Assembly (NCBI GenBank): GCA_964511065.1
Contig: CAZEEG010000008.1
Coordinates: forward strand, 16,091 to 80,090
Source of the DNA: an uncultured Pirellulales bacterium
GTDB taxonomy: Bacteria > Planctomycetota > Planctomycetia > Pirellulales > S012-138
Direction of reading: 5' to 3'
Length of the DNA stretch: 64,000 bases
Both the position numbers and the translations under genes were made by a program. Within the stretch, counting starts at the first letter, position 1, and each line of letters starts with the position of its first letter. This document shows, one piece after another, positions 59,579-64,000 of this stretch. The notes beneath the pieces are model-generated. The model was not told the DNA's origin and did no database searches. It saw nothing but the letters and a program-made list of their open reading frames with translations.

Positions 59579-62365
59579 TCACCACATATACAACTGCACG
59601 ATCTCGGCTTCGCCCTTTTCAAATTGTATTGGGACAAGCAGTTCGCTGCGGCCTCCGCTGGTACGAATCGTTGGCTCCCCGCCTCCGCTGGCCGTAATCT
59701 GAACCTTCAGTCCGCCGTCGATCTGCCAGGTGTTCTCACCCGCGGACTCGATCTTGTTGCCCACGGCAGCGCGATAGTACCAGTCGGCCGCTCCGTTCTT
59801 GGCGTCGAAGCGCAGGGTTCGTTTGAACCAGGGATCAAATTCCTGCGGCACCGGCACGAACAAGTCGCGCACCTGGGTGCCATCGCTGAGAGCATAACGG
59901 AACTCGGGCCGCTTGCTTTCATTCAGCACATAGCCGCGGAACTGATAGCCCAATTCGCGAGCCGATTGGCCCGGCCAAGGCGCCGCCTGACTGTTCAGTT
60001 GGGCGAAGGCGACCCCCTCGGGCAAGTTCACCACATGATCGCCCAGCGGCGGTTGAAAACCCTGTCCCCGGCCCGACCAGTGCCGGCCAGCGTCGATAAA
60101 GCCGGAATGCCAGATCAGCGCCAACCGGAGATTCTCGGCGTCAAAGGCCAAGTTGGCCCGCTCCGGATAGCCCACGCCGATGGCGCGGGTCCCGGCGCCT
60201 TCAATGAAGTTCCGGTAGATGCGCGGCGCAAAGAAGGGTTTCAACTCGATCGCCGAGCGGATCAGCCCCTCGGGGATACGTGCTTGTTCGCCGTCAGACA
60301 GGTACTCCCAAATCGCATTAATCTGCGTAATCGGCTGACCATCGAGTACGTTCTTCAATAACGACTTTCCGTCCGGCCAGGCCGACGGCATCCGCGTACC
60401 GGGCCGATAGGCCTGCGGGTTAAGCATATATTGGGCGAACCAATCGTGGTTCAACCGTTTCGTCATAATGGTAAGGTCGATGGACTGGATGCCGGTGGCC
60501 TCATATTTTCCAAATGAATGGCATTTGATACATGCGAAGGCCTGGCCGCCCACCATGAACCGACCATAGCCTTTAACGCGGTCCAGCGGTTCAGCGAACT
60601 GGTAACCTTGGCCTGGTTCGCCGCGATCGGCCGCGATGAATGCCGCCGCCAGATGCCCCACGTTTGCGCTCCCGTACTTGGGCATGCGGGTGTGCATGTA
60701 AGGTCGATCCTTGGCGCCGTCGGCGAAGATGTGCTTTAGCCAGGCCTCGGTGAGCTTGGCCCCCACGCCGTTGAGCGCAGGCGGGATTCGGCCCTCGTCA
60801 CCCATCTCCTGCGTGGTGCCCTGAAACCAGGCATTGCGCTGCGGTTCCACACCGCCGCGCCCGCCCCGTTCATGGCAGGCGTAGCAGTTGAACGCGACCA
60901 TGGAGTGCGCGATGGCGGCCTCTCCAGTTATCGGTTCAGCCGATTGGATGGCACGATTCCCCAGGGCCGCAACCAGGGCCGCCCGTTGGCGGTCGTCCAA
61001 CCCGTAGCGAGGAGCCTTGCCAGCAGGCTGTTCGGCCAGGCAGCCTTGATCCACCTTTAGCGAGGCCAACGCCGGCGCCGATAGCTGGTTCGGCAGCGGC
61101 GCGTCATTTTGCTTGAGCTGATGGCAGGCCGCACAGCCCAGTGAGCTGAACAGCATCTTGCCTTGCGCAGCCAGGGTCGCGTCGATCTCAAAACGGTTTT
61201 CAGGTTCCGGCGGTTCCTTCGTCGCCTGGAGCAGCAAGCCAAGCGACTGCCGCCCCAAGCCGGGGCCCTCGATTTCGGCCGTAAGGGCAACGTCGGCGCT
61301 GGCCTGGAAGAAATCGACGCGTATCTCGTGCAGCCCGGCAGACAGCTTTTTCGTTTGGCTGCGCTGCTGGTAGGGATGCAGGCCGTCGACCGTAATCAGC
61401 GCCTGTCCGTCGATGCTTAACCGGCTGCCATCGTCGGATCCCAAGTGGAAACGGTATTCGCCTTCGCGCGCAATGGGCAAGAAGCCTTCAAACCGCAGGC
61501 CGAAGTTCTCCTTCCGCTCGGCCACCTGCCAGTCAATACCGACCGTCGTCCCCTGCACCTTGGGCTCCAGCTTGCCGAAGTCGGGCAGCTTATCCCACCG
61601 GCCCTCGTAATAGGCAAATCGCACATTCGCGGGCGCCTTCACGTCCTTGAGAAAATAACTCGCAATATCGCGAGCCTCGGCGGCCGAAAGATTCAGGTCG
61701 GGCATCCGTCCAGCCGGGCGCACGTGCAGCGGATCGATCAGAAATGCCGTAAGGCTGTTGATGGTGTATTTGGCCGCGAGATCGGGCAGTGGGACCGACG
61801 TGGCCACCTGGGCATCGCCCTCGCGCTGCGAAGCGTGGCAGGCTACGCAGCCCACGCTATGAAACAATGCCTCGCCGCGCTTCACCCCGGCCGCATCGGG
61901 CGCTGTTTCATGTACGGAGCCTGTCGAAGCCAGAAAATGCACCAGGGCTTCGGCGTGTTGCTTCCGTTGTTCCTCGGAAAGATGACCTAGCACGTGCGGC
62001 ATGGTCGTGCCCGGCTTGACCGACTGGGGGTCAAGCAGCATCTGCCGAATCGCCTCGGGCCGGATGCGTGAACCAACCTGGTCGAGAATCGGGCCGCCCT
62101 TGGTGAGCACGGTCCCGGCTTCGAAGTCCTTGCCGCGATGGCACGCCAGGCAGCTCAGTTCGCCCAAGAGAACCCGGCCAGCCTGCTCCAGTGACAGCAC
62201 ATCGCTCTCGGCGCGGCCGAACCGCTCAAAGCCCGGCACCTTGGGGTGCGCGGCCTGGGCCGCTTGCGACGTCAGCCAACTGGCCGCCAGGAACACGGTG
62301 GCAAATGCGCCAACCGCCAACCAATGCAACGGTGAAGAGACAACGACGCGTGGAGTGCTCGGCAT
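59579..62365 (-). CDS. Multi-heme c-type cytochrome (PVC-type CxxCH heme-binding domains) with PA14 domain. Secreted.
   Basis: ORF to 62476. The signal peptide starts at 62365 (MPSTPRVVVSSPLHWLAVGAFATVFLAASW). There are five CxxCH motifs (CLACH, CVACH, CAACH, CYACH, CIKCH). The PA14-like segment is FGLRFEGFLPIAREGEYRFHLGSDDGSRLSIDG. Confidence 0.75.
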   Translation of the reverse strand: MPSTPRVVVSSPLHWLAVGAFATVFLAASWLTSQAAQAAHPKVPGFERFGRAESDVLSLEQAGRVLLGELSCLACHRGKDFEAGTVLTKGGPILDQVGSRIRPEAIRQMLLDPQSVKPGTTMPHVLGHLSEEQRKQHAEALVHFLASTGSVHETAPDAAGVKRGEALFHSVGCVACHASQREGDAQVATSVPLPDLAAKYTINSLTAFLIDPLHVRPAGRMPDLNLSAAEARDIASYFLKDVKAPANVRFAYYEGRWDKLPDFGKLEPKVQGTTVGIDWQVAERKENFGLRFEGFLPIAREGEYRFHLGSDDGSRLSIDGQALITVDGLHPYQQRSQTKKLSAGLHEIRVDFFQASADVALTAEIEGPGLGRQSLGLLLQATKEPPEPENRFEIDATLAAQGKMLFSSLGCAACHQLKQNDAPLPNQLSAPALASLKVDQGCLAEQPAGKAPRYGLDDRQRAALVAALGNRAIQSAEPITGEAAIAHSMVAFNCYACHERGGRGGVEPQRNAWFQGTTQEMGDEGRIPPALNGVGAKLTEAWLKHIFADGAKDRPYMHTRMPKYGSANVGHLAAAFIAADRGEPGQGYQFAEPLDRVKGYGRFMVGGQAFACIKCHSFGKYEATGIQSIDLTIMTKRLNHDWFAQYMLNPQAYRPGTRMPSAWPDGKSLLKNVLDGQPITQINAIWEYLSDGEQARIPEGLIRSAIELKPFFAPRIYRNFIEGAGTRAIGVGYPERANLAFDAENLRLALIWHSGFIDAGRHWSGRGQGFQPPLGDHVVNLPEGVAFAQLNSQAAPWPGQSARELGYQFRGYVLNESKRPEFRYALSDGTQVRDLFVPVPQEFDPWFKRTLRFDAKNGAADWYYRAAVGNKIESAGENTWQIDGGLKVQITASGGGEPTIRTSGGRSELLVPIQFEKGEAEIVQLYMW

Positions 62366-62761
62366 AATGCGATTCCGAGGTGTGACAACATCGAGAGCTT
62401 TGCTACGACATGGCCCGGCAGGTACGGCTGGAACGTGGTCGCAGGCCAGTGCCTGCCGGTGGGCATGCCGCGTCAACTATGGCCCCCAAGTGGGGCGGTT
62501 GTCAAATCCAGCCGGGGCGGAATCGCGGCCCCGGTACAAGGAACAGCAGCGGCGGGCGCTGCTGCCTTACGCGCCAACAGAACGCCGCGAGCCGATTCCG
62601 GCAATCCATATCGGGCGAAGCTGCCCTTGCCACGGCGGAGGCCGCAGGCAACGATGAGCCTGCGATCGCAGGGAATGCCGCCGCGCGACCGATGCGCTGC
62701 TCAGTATGGTTCTGCGCTCGACCGTCTGCTGTTCTGCCAGAAGTGTTTGATATCGCCCGAG

Positions 62762-63742
62762 ATGGAACCTAGCGCCGCACCTGCTGACCCGTTGGAGCCC
62801 AAGCGGCGACACCGTCGCTGGCTGGTGCCGTGCATGAAGCTGGGCCTGATCGCCGTGGTGGCGGTTTTTATCGGACTGACGATCCAGCGAAGCTGGAGTG
62901 AAATCGCGGCGTATCGCTGGAACCTCTCGTGGCCCTGGCTCGCATTGGCAGGCGTCTTGTACCTGGCCGGCCTGCTCCCCTGCGGACTGTATTGGCACCG
63001 AACGCTGCTGGCCCTGGGGCAAAATCCAGGGTTGGCCGAAACGCTGCGGGCGTACTATATCGGGCACCTGGGTAAGTACGTGCCCGGCAAGGCCCTGGTG
63101 GTGTTATTGCGAACCGGGCTGATTCGCAGCGATCGGGTGGCAACGGGGATTGCAGCCGCAAGCGTTTTCTATGAAACGCTCACGATGATGGCGGTGGGGG
63201 CGTTTCTGGCCGCGGCGATCCTGGCGGGCTGGTTCCGCGACCATTGGGGCTTTGCGGCCATCGCCGCTTCGCTTTCGCTCGCGGCGGTGCTGCCCACGCT
63301 GCCGCCGGTTTTTCGCCGGTTGGCGAGGCTGGCCGGAATTGGCCGCAAGAGTGCCGATGTGGAAGCCCGGTTGGCAGGATTGGGCTACGCCACCCTCACC
63401 TGGGGCTGGGTGGCCATCGCCGGTGGCTGGTTTCTGATGGGCCTAAGCCTGTGGGCGACCTTGCGCGGAATGGGCATCACCCAGGCGGCCTCCGGTCCCC
63501 TGCATGCCTGGAGCCAATGGCCGCTGTTCACAGCCGCCGTATCGTTGGCCACGGTGGCCGGTTTCCTGTCGCTGATTCCTGGTGGCGCCCTGGTGCGTGA
63601 AACGGTGCTGCTGGGGTTGATGCAGCCGGAGCTAGGCGAGGGACTGGCGCTGCTTTCAGCCGTGATGCTGCGACTGGTTTGGCTAGCTGCCGAAGTTGTG
63701 CTCTCGGCCGGGCTCTACTGGTCGGCCGGCCGCCGTAAGTAG
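62762..63742 (+). CDS. Flippase-like (LPG-synthase TM domain / UPF0104) integral membrane protein
   Basis: ORF from 62435. The likely ATG is at 62762 (MEPSAAPADP). It has about 8 TM helices. Motifs are YYIGHLGKYVPGKALVV and LIPGGALVRE, typical of the family. Confidence 0.65.
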   Translation: MEPSAAPADPLEPKRRHRRWLVPCMKLGLIAVVAVFIGLTIQRSWSEIAAYRWNLSWPWLALAGVLYLAGLLPCGLYWHRTLLALGQNPGLAETLRAYYIGHLGKYVPGKALVVLLRTGLIRSDRVATGIAAASVFYETLTMMAVGAFLAAAILAGWFRDHWGFAAIAASLSLAAVLPTLPPVFRRLARLAGIGRKSADVEARLAGLGYATLTWGWVAIAGGWFLMGLSLWATLRGMGITQAASGPLHAWSQWPLFTAAVSLATVAGFLSLIPGGALVRETVLLGLMQPELGEGLALLSAVMLRLVWLAAEVVLSAGLYWSAGRRK

Positions 63743-63787
63743 TCACCGAGTACGGTCCCCCACCGCACACGGACGCCGGCTGGTTGG

Positions 63788-63918
63788 CACCTGCGCAGTT
63801 CAGGTCCGCTCTCTTTCGTGCTAGCCCACCGAAATGCGGCCAGTTTGCGCTGGAGCACGGAAGACTTCCGCCTCCGATCGGTCGACGAGCAGACATTGGC
63901 GGCGCAACCATCAATAGC
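63788..63918. repeat. Copy B of the diverged ~130-nt intergenic repeat
   Basis: CACCTGCGCAGTTCAGGTCCGCTCTCTTTCGTGCTAGCCCACCGAAATGCGGCC...TTGGCGGCGCAACCATCAATAGC. It lies 5 nt past the stop of a minus-strand thiolase gene. It contains the palindrome CGGAAGACTTCCG. Confidence 0.6.
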
Positions 63919-63923
63919 GCTCA

Positions 63924-64000
63924 TTAAACCCGTTCAAACAGCGTTGCGATGCCTTGGCCCACGCCGATGCACATGGTCGCCAGGCCGATGTTGGCGTCGC
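63924..64000 (-). CDS. Thiolase (acetyl-CoA C-acyltransferase) C-terminal fragment. The gene continues beyond the window end.
   Basis: Reverse translation ends ...DANIGLATMCIGVGQGIATLFERV*, the canonical thiolase C-terminal active-site region (CIGxGxG). Confidence 0.55.
   Translation of the reverse strand, partial: DANIGLATMCIGVGQGIATLFERV

Noticed and set aside
1-64000. CRISPR arrays, prophage, integrase/transposase genes, rRNA
   Set aside because: None were detected. No regularly spaced direct repeats and no recombinase-like ORFs. The only repeat family found is the two-copy ~130-nt element at gene 3' ends.

Overview
High-GC (~65%) chromosomal segment that reads as Planctomycetota: it carries a DUF1559 protein with a prepilin N-terminus, a PVC-type CxxCH cytochrome with a PA14 domain next to a membrane-bound-dehydrogenase-like beta-propeller, a DUF1570-like HExxH protein, and TadE/vWA proteins. 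About 45 protein genes and one tRNA-Val(GAC) are called. Most are housekeeping or accessory metabolism (aroA, rimK plus its zinc-protease partner, aat, mmuM-like, RidA, ABC transporters, HtrA, an M3 oligoendopeptidase, an FAD monooxygenase, a PhyH dioxygenase, a thiolase fragment at the 3' edge). A hybrid sensor kinase runs off the 5' edge. The most unusual content: (1) A Pup-like gene (C-terminal GGE) overlaps a PafA/Dop-family ligase homologue that carries an ~110-aa insertion with three predicted transmembrane helices, directly downstream of an NfeD-flotillin pair. No proteasome or ARC ATPase is in the window, pointing to a possibly membrane-anchored, proteasome-independent pupylation module. 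(2) A four-gene cluster next to the tRNA-Val gene encodes a long coiled-coil protein, a TM-anchored FGE/SUMF1-domain protein, a zinc-ribbon plus Ras-like GTPase, and an unknown protein. (3) A CoxE-type vWA protein is translationally coupled to an 887-aa uncharacterised protein without the usual MoxR AAA partner, downstream of pepF and facing a Ser/Thr kinase. (4) A diverged ~130-nt repeat sits immediately 3' of two unrelated minus-strand genes. Smaller oddities are a Tyr/Gly-rich low-complexity lipoprotein, a Cys/His-rich small protein, a 32-aa very basic ORF with a strong SD, and an orphan Tat-signal fragment. The ORF track omits ORFs truncated at the window edges and uses TTG/GTG starts; several listed long ORFs are antisense artefacts of real genes.
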